A DNA stretch of 64,000 nucleotides from an uncultured Gammaproteobacteria bacterium (GTDB taxonomy: Bacteria > Patescibacteriota > Patescibacteriia > Magasanikbacterales > GWA2-37-8): NCBI GenBank assembly GCA_964540825.1, contig CAZINT010000004.1:24835-88834 (forward strand). The letters are read 5' to 3'. Shown here in pieces: positions 1 to 8,571 of the stretch (its first letter is position 1; the number at the start of each line of letters is the position of its first letter). The notes beneath the pieces are model-generated. The model was not told the origin of the DNA, did not search any database, and was given only the letters and a program-made list of their open reading frames with translations. Position numbers and translations under genes: made by a program.

Positions 1-660
1 ATTGCCGCCAAAGTAGACAAAAACAAAGTCTACTCCTGGGACGACGCCATAAAGCTTGTCAAAGAAACCAGTGGCGTTAAATTTGACGCCAGCGTGGAAG
101 TACACGCTCACCTAGGTATTGATCCTAAAAAGGGTGAACAACAGGTTCGCGCCAGTGCCACACTTCCTCACGGCACCGGTAAAACCAAAAAGGTAGCTGC
201 TTTTGTCAGCGCTGAAAAAGAAAAAGAAGCCAAAGACGCCGGCGCAGACTTTGTCTACGGGGAAGAAGACATTAAACGCATTAAAGATACCGGTAAAATT
301 GAATTTGATGTAGCGATCACTACCCCTGATATGATGGCCAAACTTGCCGTAGTTGCCAAAGTCCTTGGTCCAAAAGGTCTCATGCCTAATCCAAAAACTG
401 AAACCGTTAGTCCGAACGTCAAGAAAATGGTCGAAGAGCTCAAGAAAGGTAAAATCACTTTCAAGAACGATGACACCAGCAACATCCACCAATCTATTGG
501 TAAGGTCAGCTTTTCAGAAGCTCAGCTTAAAGAAAACCTTGCTGCCTTCCTCGATGTCTTGAAACGCGCCAAACCGGCAACTGCCAAAGGCACCTACCTT
601 CAAACTTTGGTTATTTGCACCACCATGGGCCCAGCGATTCGTATCGCCAGTGAAGCTTAA
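1..660 (+). CDS. rplA: 50S ribosomal protein L1 (5'-truncated by window edge)
   Basis: Frame is open from base 1 (IAAKVDKNKVYSWDDAIKLVKETSGVKFDASVEVH); uL1 motifs LGIDP, LPHGTGK, LGPKGLMPNPK, TTMGP. Confidence 0.97.
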   Translation: MAAKVDKNKVYSWDDAIKLVKETSGVKFDASVEVHAHLGIDPKKGEQQVRASATLPHGTGKTKKVAAFVSAEKEKEAKDAGADFVYGEEDIKRIKDTGKIEFDVAITTPDMMAKLAVVAKVLGPKGLMPNPKTETVSPNVKKMVEELKKGKITFKNDDTSNIHQSIGKVSFSEAQLKENLAAFLDVLKRAKPATAKGTYLQTLVICTTMGPAIRIASEA

Positions 661-680
661 AAATTTTCTTCTAACAAACG

Positions 681-710
681 AAAAATCCCGATTGTGATCG
701 GGATTTTTTA
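681..710 (+). terminator. Intrinsic terminator after rplA
   Basis: AAAAATCCCGAT-tgtg-ATCGGGATTTTT inverted repeat with T tail. Confidence 0.85.
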
Positions 711-736
711 TTTATCACAAAAAAGTCTTTTTTCTA

Positions 737-765
737 TTGCCAAACCCATATCGCTCTGCTATCAT
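737..765 (+). promoter_or_regulatory. Sigma70-type promoter of dTTP operon
   Basis: TTGCCA-17 nt-TATCAT with TG extended -10. Confidence 0.65.
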
Positions 766-786
766 CCCATTGATTAATTTTACCCT

Positions 787-1350
787 ATGATTCTCTCTGA
801 CACCGACATTAGAAAGGCCTTAGCCGACGGCTCTATCACGGTTGACCCCTTCGATGAAAAATATATAAAAGCCGCTTCAATCGACCTGCACCTTGATAAA
901 CATTTTTTAGTATTTGATACCAAAAATAATTACGTGATTGACCCCAAGAAACCCATGGACGATATCATGGTACCCGTCGATATTGGCGAAGACCGCCCAT
1001 TTATCTTACACCCCGGCGAATTCGCGCTCGGCATGATTTATGAAAAAACAGGGGTTAACGACCGTATGGTAGCACGCCTCGAAGGCAAAAGTTCGGTTGG
1101 GCGTATGGGCCTCCTCATTCACGTCACCGCTGGTTTTCTTGACCCCGGCAACTGCCTCAAGATGACCCTCGAACTCCACAATGTCGCTAACATGCCCATC
1201 ATGCTCTACTACAAAATGCCGATCGCCCAGATGGCTTTTGAACATTTATCGAGCCCGTGTGCCAAACCGTACTCGGCCGATAGCGGCAGTAAATACATTG
1301 GCGACAACAGACCGGTGGCCAGCCAGATGTGGAAGAATTTTTTACCATAA
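787..1350 (+). CDS. dcd: dCTP deaminase
   Basis: MILSDTDI start; ASIDL; LEGKSSVGRMGL; AGFLDPG; TLEL; PIAQM. Confidence 0.95.
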   Translation: MILSDTDIRKALADGSITVDPFDEKYIKAASIDLHLDKHFLVFDTKNNYVIDPKKPMDDIMVPVDIGEDRPFILHPGEFALGMIYEKTGVNDRMVARLEGKSSVGRMGLLIHVTAGFLDPGNCLKMTLELHNVANMPIMLYYKMPIAQMAFEHLSSPCAKPYSADSGSKYIGDNRPVASQMWKNFLP

Positions 1351-1353
1351 ACT

Positions 1354-1911
1354 ATGTCTCAAAAAGTTATTTTTGGTTTTGTCGGACAAATGGGTTCAGG
1401 TAAAGGAACGGCAGCGAAATATCTCGAAGAAAAACATGGCGCCAAAACTTACAAATTTTCAACCATCCTGCGCGACATTCTTGGTCGCCTGTACTTACCC
1501 ACGAGCCGCGACAACATGGTCAAAACATCCGAAATGGTTCGGTCTACGTTTGGCGAAGAAACCTTAGCACGCGTCATTGCCGAAGATGTGGGCACAAATG
1601 ACGCCCCGCTTATTATGATCGACGGCATTCGCCGCACCGCTGATTGTGCCTACCTTTTTAAGCTTCCTGAATTTGTTCTCGTTGAAGTAACTGCAGCCAT
1701 GGATGTGCGCCTCAAGCGCATCCAACAACGCGGCGAAAACCCCGACGACGCGACACTGACCATGGAACAATTCAAGTCGAATCACGAACGCTCGACCGAA
1801 GTAAGTATTGCTGAAATTGCCGCGAAAGCCACCGAACGAATTGATAATAACGGCGATACTGCAGCGCTCGAAGCTCAGATTGACGCGCTTGTTGCCAAAT
1901 ATCAAAAATAA
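1354..1911 (+). CDS. P-loop nucleotide-monophosphate/dephospho-CoA-kinase-like protein
   Basis: N-terminal Walker A GQMGSGKGT, IDGIR motif, LID-like RLKRIQQRGE, C-terminal IDNNG. Confidence 0.75.
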   Translation: MSQKVIFGFVGQMGSGKGTAAKYLEEKHGAKTYKFSTILRDILGRLYLPTSRDNMVKTSEMVRSTFGEETLARVIAEDVGTNDAPLIMIDGIRRTADCAYLFKLPEFVLVEVTAAMDVRLKRIQQRGENPDDATLTMEQFKSNHERSTEVSIAEIAAKATERIDNNGDTAALEAQIDALVAKYQK

Positions 1912-1924
1912 ATCTTCTTCAGCT

Positions 1925-2356
1925 ATGCAGGTAACCATTAAACGCATTGATCAAAGCCTTCCCCTGCCCGAGTATCACACGAGTGGCGCCGCTGGTTTTG
2001 ATTTTTACGCCCGCGAAGCTGCCACGATTGCCCCGCACAGCCTCGCTAAAATACCTTCAAATCTTATTATCGCAACTCCCCCTGGCTACGCTCTTATTAT
2101 GGCCGCTCGTTCTAGCCTCTCCCTTAAAAAGGGCCTAAAGCAGGCCAATGGCATTGGCGTTATTGATAGCGATTATTGCGGACCCGAAGATGAAATTTCT
2201 ATTGCTGTCCATAACTTTACTGATCAACCCGTCACTGTTGAACGTGGCGAACGAATTGCCCAAGGACTGTTTATTAAAGTCGAACAAGCTGCATGGAACG
2301 AAGTTGCGGAGATGTCGGGTGCAAGTCGCGGCGGCTTTGGCAGCACCGGAAAATAA
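1925..2356 (+). CDS. dut: dUTP diphosphatase (start corrected to ATG 1925)
   Basis: AAGFD, ARSSL, GVIDSDY, RIAQ, RGGFGSTG trimeric dUTPase motifs. Confidence 0.96.
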   Translation: MQVTIKRIDQSLPLPEYHTSGAAGFDFYAREAATIAPHSLAKIPSNLIIATPPGYALIMAARSSLSLKKGLKQANGIGVIDSDYCGPEDEISIAVHNFTDQPVTVERGERIAQGLFIKVEQAAWNEVAEMSGASRGGFGSTGK

Positions 2357-2380
2357 TTTTTTCATATTTAAAAAACACCT

Positions 2381-3253
2381 ATGCGACAATACCTCGACAT
2401 TGTTCAGAATGTTTTAGATAACGGACTCGAGAAGGACGATCGCACCGGCGTCGGCACCATCGCTATCCCGGGCGCTTTTTTTCAGCATGATCTTAAAAAC
2501 GGTTTTCCACTTCTTACTACCAAAAAAATTCCGTTTCGCCTCATCGCCACTGAACTCGAATTTTTTATTAAAGGCATCACCGATAAACAGTGGCTCATTG
2601 ATCACAATAATCATATCTGGGATGAATGGGCTCACCCCAAAAAAGCCCCCTACGGCCACGACGAAGCAAGTAAAAAACGCATGCGCGACGAACGCGACCT
2701 CGGGCCGATTTATGGTTTTCAGTGGCGGCACTTTGGCGCCAAGTACGTTTCGTACGATACCGATTATACCGGCCAGGGCGTAGATCAGCTTCAAAACCTG
2801 GTGAACACACTCAAAAAAAATCCATCCGACCGCCGCATGATTGTTAATTCCTGGAACCCGGTCAGCTTGCCAGAAATGGGTTTGCCGCCCTGCCACTATT
2901 GTTACCAAGTAACCGTTATCAAAGGACGCCTCAATTTATTTTGGAACCAACGTTCCGTCGACACCATGCTGGGCCTGCCGTTTAACATTGCCAGCTATGC
3001 GCTTCTCCTCCACCTGCTCGCTAAAGAAGCCGGGCTTGAAGAAGGTGCGCTCACCGGCTTTTTAGCTGATGTACATATTTATAAAAATCACCAAGCCGGA
3101 GCACGCGAACAATTGACGCGCGACCCGAACATGTACCCATTACCAAAACTTGTCACCAACAACTTTACGTCTATTTTCGACTGGAAAGCAGAAGATACCG
3201 AAGTGGTTGGGTACGAAAGCTATCCACGCATCGCTTTTGAAATCGCAGTCTAG
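2381..3253 (+). CDS. thyA: Thymidylate synthase ThyA
   Basis: DRTGVGT, FPLLTTKK, LGPIYGFQWR, LPPCH, QRSVD, FNIASY, HIYKNH. Confidence 0.98.
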   Translation: MRQYLDIVQNVLDNGLEKDDRTGVGTIAIPGAFFQHDLKNGFPLLTTKKIPFRLIATELEFFIKGITDKQWLIDHNNHIWDEWAHPKKAPYGHDEASKKRMRDERDLGPIYGFQWRHFGAKYVSYDTDYTGQGVDQLQNLVNTLKKNPSDRRMIVNSWNPVSLPEMGLPPCHYCYQVTVIKGRLNLFWNQRSVDTMLGLPFNIASYALLLHLLAKEAGLEEGALTGFLADVHIYKNHQAGAREQLTRDPNMYPLPKLVTNNFTSIFDWKAEDTEVVGYESYPRIAFEIAV

Positions 3254-3256
3254 TCT

Positions 3257-3730
3257 ATGATCACGCTTATTGCCGCTATTGCTGAAAATAATTGTATTGG
3301 CTCTCACAATACACTTCCTTGGAATATACCCGAGGATCTTAAACATTTTCGAGATCTTACCCGCGGCAAAACCGTTCTTATGGGCCGCAAAACATTCGAT
3401 TCGATTATTGCCCTCAACGGTAAACCGCTCCCCAACCGTCTCAATATCGTTGTTACCAAACAAGACAATTTTACTGCCCCGGAAGGTGTTGAAATTTTTC
3501 ATACCATCGACCAAGCTCTCAGCGCTCACAGCGACGAAGATCTCTGGATTATTGGCGGCTCACAAATCTATCAGGAAACAATTGCTCGCGCCAACCGCCT
3601 TGAAATTACCCATATTCACCAAACCGTTGAGGGCGACGCATTTTTCCCAGCCATTGATCCACTGCTTTGGCAAGAAGTAGCGCGAGCTGATTACGATGGA
3701 TTTAGTTTTGTCACCTACGACAAAAAATAA
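3257..3730 (+). CDS. folA: Dihydrofolate reductase
   Basis: LPWNIPEDLKHF, MGRKTFDSI, LPNRLNIV, IGGSQIY, GDAFFP. Confidence 0.96.
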   Translation: MITLIAAIAENNCIGSHNTLPWNIPEDLKHFRDLTRGKTVLMGRKTFDSIIALNGKPLPNRLNIVVTKQDNFTAPEGVEIFHTIDQALSAHSDEDLWIIGGSQIYQETIARANRLEITHIHQTVEGDAFFPAIDPLLWQEVARADYDGFSFVTYDKK

Positions 3731-3739
3731 TGTATACTT

Positions 3740-4462
3740 ATGCAGTACAGCGGCAAATTCATCGTGCTCGACGGTACCGAAGGATCGGGCAAAAGCACCG
3801 TCGTTGATTTTTGGAAAAAAAATCTGGAAGACCAGGGCAAAAAAATCTTTGATCTCAAAGCGTACTGGAAAAAACACGATGCACAGCCAACAGTCGAAGA
3901 GGTCTTGGCAGCCGACATTATTTTTAGTGCCGAGATGAGCTACACCGGCATCGGCAAAGTGCTGCGCGAAGAATTAATTTGTAAAGGCACTGACTATCCA
4001 GCACTTGCCATTGCCGAAGCCTATGCGCTCGACCGCATGATTTTGTACAAAAAGTTTTTTATTCCTGCACTCGCTGCCGGCAAAACTATCATCTCCGACC
4101 GATCAGTCAGTACTTCACTGGTGTACCAAACCATTTCCGACCCGAGCATTACCTACGAAACGATTAGGAAGCTCCCCGGTAATGCTGTTGCTTTATCGTA
4201 CCCACCAACCGACCTCATCCTCTTTCAACTTGACCCTGAAGTCGGCTTGGCTCGCCTCGCTTCGCGTTTTGATAAAAACGATAACGCCATATTTGAAGAA
4301 GCAAATTTCCAAAAAAAGGCCTACGCCAAATTCATGGAGCCGGAATTCCAGAATATTTTTAAAGACCTGGGAACAACAATTCATTATTTGGCAGCAGACG
4401 CTGAACCTGCTATACTGCAAGCAAATTCACTCGTGCTTCTGAACCAGATACTTGCACGTTAA
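3740..4462 (+). CDS. tmk: Thymidylate kinase
   Basis: FIVLDGTEGSGKST P-loop, ISDRS-x-STSLVYQ; position after thyA-folA. Confidence 0.88.
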   Translation: MQYSGKFIVLDGTEGSGKSTVVDFWKKNLEDQGKKIFDLKAYWKKHDAQPTVEEVLAADIIFSAEMSYTGIGKVLREELICKGTDYPALAIAEAYALDRMILYKKFFIPALAAGKTIISDRSVSTSLVYQTISDPSITYETIRKLPGNAVALSYPPTDLILFQLDPEVGLARLASRFDKNDNAIFEEANFQKKAYAKFMEPEFQNIFKDLGTTIHYLAADAEPAILQANSLVLLNQILAR

Positions 4463-4488
4463 ACATTTAACTCATTTAATTTTTCGTT

Positions 4489-5313
4489 ATGCTTCTTTCC
4501 GTATCGGAAATTCTGAAAGACACCTTTCGCCTCTATGGCAAAAATTGGCGCATTATTCTGCCTTACTGCGCGCTGGTATTTGTTCCGGCGGCCATTTTGG
4601 CATTGCTCGGCGTTGGCAGTGTCTACCTTACAACGATTCTTCCCACCTCTGACCTTATTAATAATATTGTCATAGCCCTTCTCAGTGTCGGAAGTTGGTT
4701 TATTGGCTACTGGGCAATGCTCGGACTTGCGCTTGCGACCAAAGACATGCTCGAAGGTCTCCCGCTTCCCACCTGGAAACAAGGGCTGGCTGCGACCGGC
4801 AATGTGGTGCTTCCGATTCTTTGGGTCTCATTTTTAACCAGTCTTTTTGTCGGCCTCTGGACCCTCCTTTTTATTATCCCGGGTATTATCTTTAGTCTTT
4901 ACTACGTATTTAGCGGTTACAGCGTGCTTTTCGACAACCAGCGCGGCTTTGGCGCTCTGCGCTTCAGCAAAGCCCTCGTCAAAGGACGTTGGTGGTCAGT
5001 TGCCTGGCGCGTTGGAGCGACCGGACTTCTCTTTGGCATCCTGGTAAGTATCCTTGTTTTTATCCTAACAGTTCCTTTCACCGTTATTTTATCCATGAAT
5101 TCCATTGACGCTTCGGCCATCCAGGAAGCAGGCCGTACCCTCAGCACCACCGAAGTACTGGCCACCATGATGGCGGGCATCATGAGCAGCCTCGGCAAAG
5201 CGCTTGCCGGGCCGCTCGCGACCATTGCGCTCGTTATTATCTATCACGATATTCGCAAAAACCCACTTCCAGCAGTTGTGCCCGGGACGCTGACACCGCC
5301 CACCAACGCCTAA
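4489..5313 (+). CDS. Multi-pass membrane protein of unknown function
   Basis: About 6 hydrophobic segments; LLFIIPGII...ALRFSKALVKGRWW pattern common in uncharacterised membrane proteins. Confidence 0.75.
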   Translation: MLLSVSEILKDTFRLYGKNWRIILPYCALVFVPAAILALLGVGSVYLTTILPTSDLINNIVIALLSVGSWFIGYWAMLGLALATKDMLEGLPLPTWKQGLAATGNVVLPILWVSFLTSLFVGLWTLLFIIPGIIFSLYYVFSGYSVLFDNQRGFGALRFSKALVKGRWWSVAWRVGATGLLFGILVSILVFILTVPFTVILSMNSIDASAIQEAGRTLSTTEVLATMMAGIMSSLGKALAGPLATIALVIIYHDIRKNPLPAVVPGTLTPPTNA

Positions 5314-5320
5314 TATCTAC

Positions 5321-5353
5321 TAAAAAACAGCCCTTCCTCAAGGCTGTTTTTTA
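5321..5353 (+). terminator. Intrinsic terminator
   Basis: TAAAAAACAGCC...GGCTGTTTTTTA. Confidence 0.8.
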
Positions 5354-5354
5354 T

Positions 5355-5383
5355 TTGCCAAAAGATACCTAAAATGGTACGCT
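5355..5383 (+). promoter_or_regulatory. Sigma70-type promoter of gatB
   Basis: TTGCCA-17 nt-TACGCT with TG extended -10. Confidence 0.6.
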
Positions 5384-5407
5384 CAGAGTACTTTTCTCTT
5401 GTTTTTT

Positions 5408-6955
5408 ATGCCAAAACTCATTCCTATTATCGGTCTTGAAATTCATGTCGAGCTCAAAACTAAATCTAAGATGTTTTGCTCGTGCGTGAATGACCCTTTT
5501 ATTGATACGCCAAACACCAATATTTGCGAAGTCTGCCTGGCGCACCCCGGCACCCTTCCGGTACCAAACAAAATCGGTATTGTCGGCGCGATTGGAATCG
5601 CCAAAGCCCTTAACTGCACCATCGCAAAAACAAGCAAATTTGATCGCAAACATTATTTTTACCCCGATCTTCCCAAGGGTTACCAAATTTCTCAGTATGA
5701 CCAACCTATTGGTGAACACGGTTTTATTGAACTTGAAATAGCAGGCGCAAACCATCGTCCTACTGCTCGTATTGGCGTGACGCGCGTCCATATGGAAGAG
5801 GATACGGCCAAACTTGACCATGCTGCTAGTGGCACTGCTTTGGTTGATTTTAACCGTGCCGGGGTACCACTCGTCGAAATTGTTTCCGACCCCGATGTTG
5901 AAAGCGCTGCCGAGGCCAAGGCCTACTGTCAGGAACTCCAGCTCATTTTCCGCACCCTTGGCGTCAGTAATGCTGATATGGAAAAAGGCCAGATGCGCTG
6001 CGAAGCAAACATCTCTCTTCAAGCGGAAGGCAGTTATACAAATGTGAACGGTGTGATTACCCCCAATGAAGGTGTCAGACTTAACTCCAAAGTTGAAGTA
6101 AAAAATATCAACTCCTTCCGCGCTGTTGAGAAGGCGATTGAGTTTGAAATTAAACGACAGACCGAACTGATTGAAAAAGGCGAAACGTGGATCCCCGAAA
6201 CACGCGGCTGGGATGAAAAAAAACAAGCTACCATCCATCAGCGCAGCAAAGAATCGAGCGCTGATTATCGTTATTTCCCTGAACCGGATATTCCACCGTT
6301 TAACCCGTTGCTGCTTAGTGAAGCAGTTATTTTGCCTGAACTCCCCCAAGCCAAACGCTTACGTTTTGTAACTGAATATGGCTTTTCTAAGGCTGACGCC
6401 CAAATCCTCACCAGCGATCCGGAATGGGCAATTTTCACTGAAAACGTCATGAGCGAACTCACCGAATGGCTGCACTGTCTCCCTGAGAGCAAGGATGACA
6501 GCCCGGAAGTACATCAGAATAAAAAGCAGCAACTGGCGAAGCTTGCCGGCGGCTGGCTCACCACCAAACTCATGGGTGCCATGGCCGAGCGCAAAACTGA
6601 CATCCGCATCCTCCGCATTAAAGAAGAGAACTTTGCCGAACTGATGGCGCTTATTTACACCAACCGCGTCAACTCCACCAACGCGCAAAAAATCCTTATC
6701 GAAATGCTTGATTCTGGTGTCGATATGGACCCAACGCATATCATGGAAGACAAAGGGTATGGACAGATTAGCGACGAAGGCAAACTTGGCACCGTAGCGG
6801 ACGATATTATCAAAAACCATCCAGAACAGGTCGCTCAATTTAAAGCTGGCAAGGAACCGATTATCAAATTCCTCGTCGGCATGCTCATGAAAGCGACCGA
6901 AGGAAGTGCAGACCCGCAGATAGCCGAAAAATTGCTCCGGGAAAAGATGCGGTAA
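5408..6955 (+). CDS. gatB: Asp/Glu-tRNA amidotransferase subunit B
   Basis: IGLEIHVEL, FDRKHYFYPDLPKGYQISQ, HMEED, RAGVPLVEIV, EVKNINS, YRYFPEPD. Confidence 0.98.
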   Translation: MPKLIPIIGLEIHVELKTKSKMFCSCVNDPFIDTPNTNICEVCLAHPGTLPVPNKIGIVGAIGIAKALNCTIAKTSKFDRKHYFYPDLPKGYQISQYDQPIGEHGFIELEIAGANHRPTARIGVTRVHMEEDTAKLDHAASGTALVDFNRAGVPLVEIVSDPDVESAAEAKAYCQELQLIFRTLGVSNADMEKGQMRCEANISLQAEGSYTNVNGVITPNEGVRLNSKVEVKNINSFRAVEKAIEFEIKRQTELIEKGETWIPETRGWDEKKQATIHQRSKESSADYRYFPEPDIPPFNPLLLSEAVILPELPQAKRLRFVTEYGFSKADAQILTSDPEWAIFTENVMSELTEWLHCLPESKDDSPEVHQNKKQQLAKLAGGWLTTKLMGAMAERKTDIRILRIKEENFAELMALIYTNRVNSTNAQKILIEMLDSGVDMDPTHIMEDKGYGQISDEGKLGTVADDIIKNHPEQVAQFKAGKEPIIKFLVGMLMKATEGSADPQIAEKLLREKMR

Positions 6956-6963
6956 AATTATTT

Positions 6964-6992
6964 AAATAGCCCGTAAACACGGGCTATTTTTT
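6964..6992 (+). terminator. Intrinsic terminator after gatB
   Basis: AAATAGCCCGT-aaac-ACGGGCTATTT plus T run. Confidence 0.85.
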
Positions 6993-7029
6993 ATAAAGTG
7001 CACACTTTAAGTATGTGGACAACACACCT

Positions 7030-7058
7030 TTGACGCACCTGCAATACCCTGCTACACT
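7030..7058 (+). promoter_or_regulatory. Sigma70 promoter of pyr operon
   Basis: TTGACG-17 nt-TACACT with TG extended -10. Confidence 0.8.
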
Positions 7059-7065
7059 TAAACGT

Positions 7066-7104
7066 ATGAAACCTATCCTCCCTCACAACCCCTTCCTTTC
7101 CTAG
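7066..7104 (+). CDS. Putative pyr leader peptide MKPILPHNPFLS
   Basis: ATG at predicted TSS; 26 of the 30 nt in codons 3-12 are pyrimidines; stop is 6 nt before a terminator hairpin. Confidence 0.7.
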   Translation: MKPILPHNPFLS

Positions 7105-7109
7105 TTGTC

Positions 7110-7136
7110 GGCCACCCGTATATGGGTGGTTTTTTT
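7110..7136 (+). terminator. Attenuator hairpin upstream of pyrB
   Basis: GCCACCCG-tata-TGGGTGGT plus T run, between promoter and pyrB ATG. Confidence 0.82.
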
Positions 7137-7156
7137 ATAAACAAACTTCGCTCTCT

Positions 7157-8080
7157 ATGAAGATACCTTTTACAGGCCGCGATATTATTTCCATCGGCGA
7201 GCTGACCACGCAAGATATTCTTACAGTTCTAGCGACAGCCAAAAAACTTAAGGCAAAACCTCAACCTACCCTGCTCAAAGGTTTAACTATGGCCAGCTGT
7301 TTTTTTGAGCCCTCCACACGAACGAGGCTCTCGTTTGAAACTGCTATGCAAAAACTGGGTGGTCAGGTAATTGGTTTTGCGGACCCAAGTGCTACATCAA
7401 CCAAAAAGGGTGAAACACTCCATGACACGATCAAAATGGTCGAAGGGTATGCGGATATTATTATTCTACGGCATTACCTGGAAGGCGCTGCGAGGCGAGC
7501 CGCCGAAGTAAGCAGCAAGCCGGTCATTAATTGTGGTGACGGCGCCAATCAACACCCTACCCAAACATTGATCGATCTGTATACTATTCAGGAGTGCCAG
7601 AAAAAATTAACCGGCCTTAAAGTTGCGCTTGTCGGCGATCTCAAATACGGCCGCACCGTACATTCCTTGGCCGAGGCACTCACCCATTTTGGAGCACGCC
7701 TCTATTTTGTTGCCCCCGAAGCACTCGCTATGCCAAGCCAGGTAACCAGCCACCTTAAAAAACAAGAGGTTGTTTTTTCTGAACATCAAACAATTGAAAC
7801 TGTTATTGAAGATGTCGATATTGTCTACATGACTCGCATCCAAGCCGAACGCTTTGCCGATCCTTATGAATACGAACGAGTCAAAAATATTTTTGTTCTG
7901 GCTCCTAAAACCTTAGAAAAAAGTAAAAAAAATTTACGCATTTTGCACCCGCTTCCCCGTGTAAACGAAATTATGCCGGAAGTCGACGTATTGCCTCAAG
8001 CCTATTATTTTGAACAAGCGGCCAACGGCGTCTTCGTGCGTCAAGCGCTTTTAGGGCTCATCTCGGGTAAACTAAAATAA
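7157..8080 (+). CDS. pyrB: Aspartate carbamoyltransferase catalytic chain
   Basis: FFEPSTRTRLSFE, KGETL, NQHPTQTLIDL, GDLKYGRTVHSL, HPLPRVNEI. Confidence 0.98.
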   Translation: MKIPFTGRDIISIGELTTQDILTVLATAKKLKAKPQPTLLKGLTMASCFFEPSTRTRLSFETAMQKLGGQVIGFADPSATSTKKGETLHDTIKMVEGYADIIILRHYLEGAARRAAEVSSKPVINCGDGANQHPTQTLIDLYTIQECQKKLTGLKVALVGDLKYGRTVHSLAEALTHFGARLYFVAPEALAMPSQVTSHLKKQEVVFSEHQTIETVIEDVDIVYMTRIQAERFADPYEYERVKNIFVLAPKTLEKSKKNLRILHPLPRVNEIMPEVDVLPQAYYFEQAANGVFVRQALLGLISGKLK

Positions 8081-8085
8081 TTCTT

Positions 8086-8559
8086 ATGATTACTACAGCA
8101 AATCCCCACCTCCAGGTTGCGGCCATTAAACACGGCACGGTGATCGACCACATCAGCGATAAACACGCCCTTAAAATTATTCAACTGCTTCACCTGGCGA
8201 GTGGCGGAACGACGGTCACCGTCGGACTCAATTTGCCGAGTAAAAAAATGGGCTCTAAAGACCTGATTAAAATTGCTGACAGAGAAATTAGTCTCGAAGA
8301 GGCAAATCGCATCGCCCTATTTTCTCCTGAAGCAAGCATTAACATCATCCGCAATTTTAAAATAGTTAAAAAATTTGCAGTTACGTTGCCTAAAAAAATT
8401 TCGGGCCTGCTGGTTTGCCCAAACCCAAAATGTATTACCAACCACGAACTGATGACAACACTGTTTACTGTCGAGAAAAACAAAAAAACCATTGATCTTG
8501 TATGCACCTATTGTGAAAAATTATTTGAGCGAGACGAAATCCAAATCTACCCAACATAG
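8086..8559 (+). CDS. pyrI: Aspartate carbamoyltransferase regulatory chain
   Basis: GTVIDHI, KDLIKI, Zn motifs CPNPKCIT and CTYCEK. Confidence 0.96.
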   Translation: MITTANPHLQVAAIKHGTVIDHISDKHALKIIQLLHLASGGTTVTVGLNLPSKKMGSKDLIKIADREISLEEANRIALFSPEASINIIRNFKIVKKFAVTLPKKISGLLVCPNPKCITNHELMTTLFTVEKNKKTIDLVCTYCEKLFERDEIQIYPT

Positions 8560-8571
8560 AAACGCTCGTAT

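Noticed and set aside
5369-6349. Long antisense ORFs (also 24744-26033, 40437-41342, 44521-45534, 53981-54805)
   Set aside because: Shadow frames opposite well-supported genes, with no motifs or expression signals
7014-7022. DnaA-box-like TGTGGACAA just upstream of the pyr promoter
   Set aside because: Single one-mismatch 9-mer, expected by chance in 64 kb
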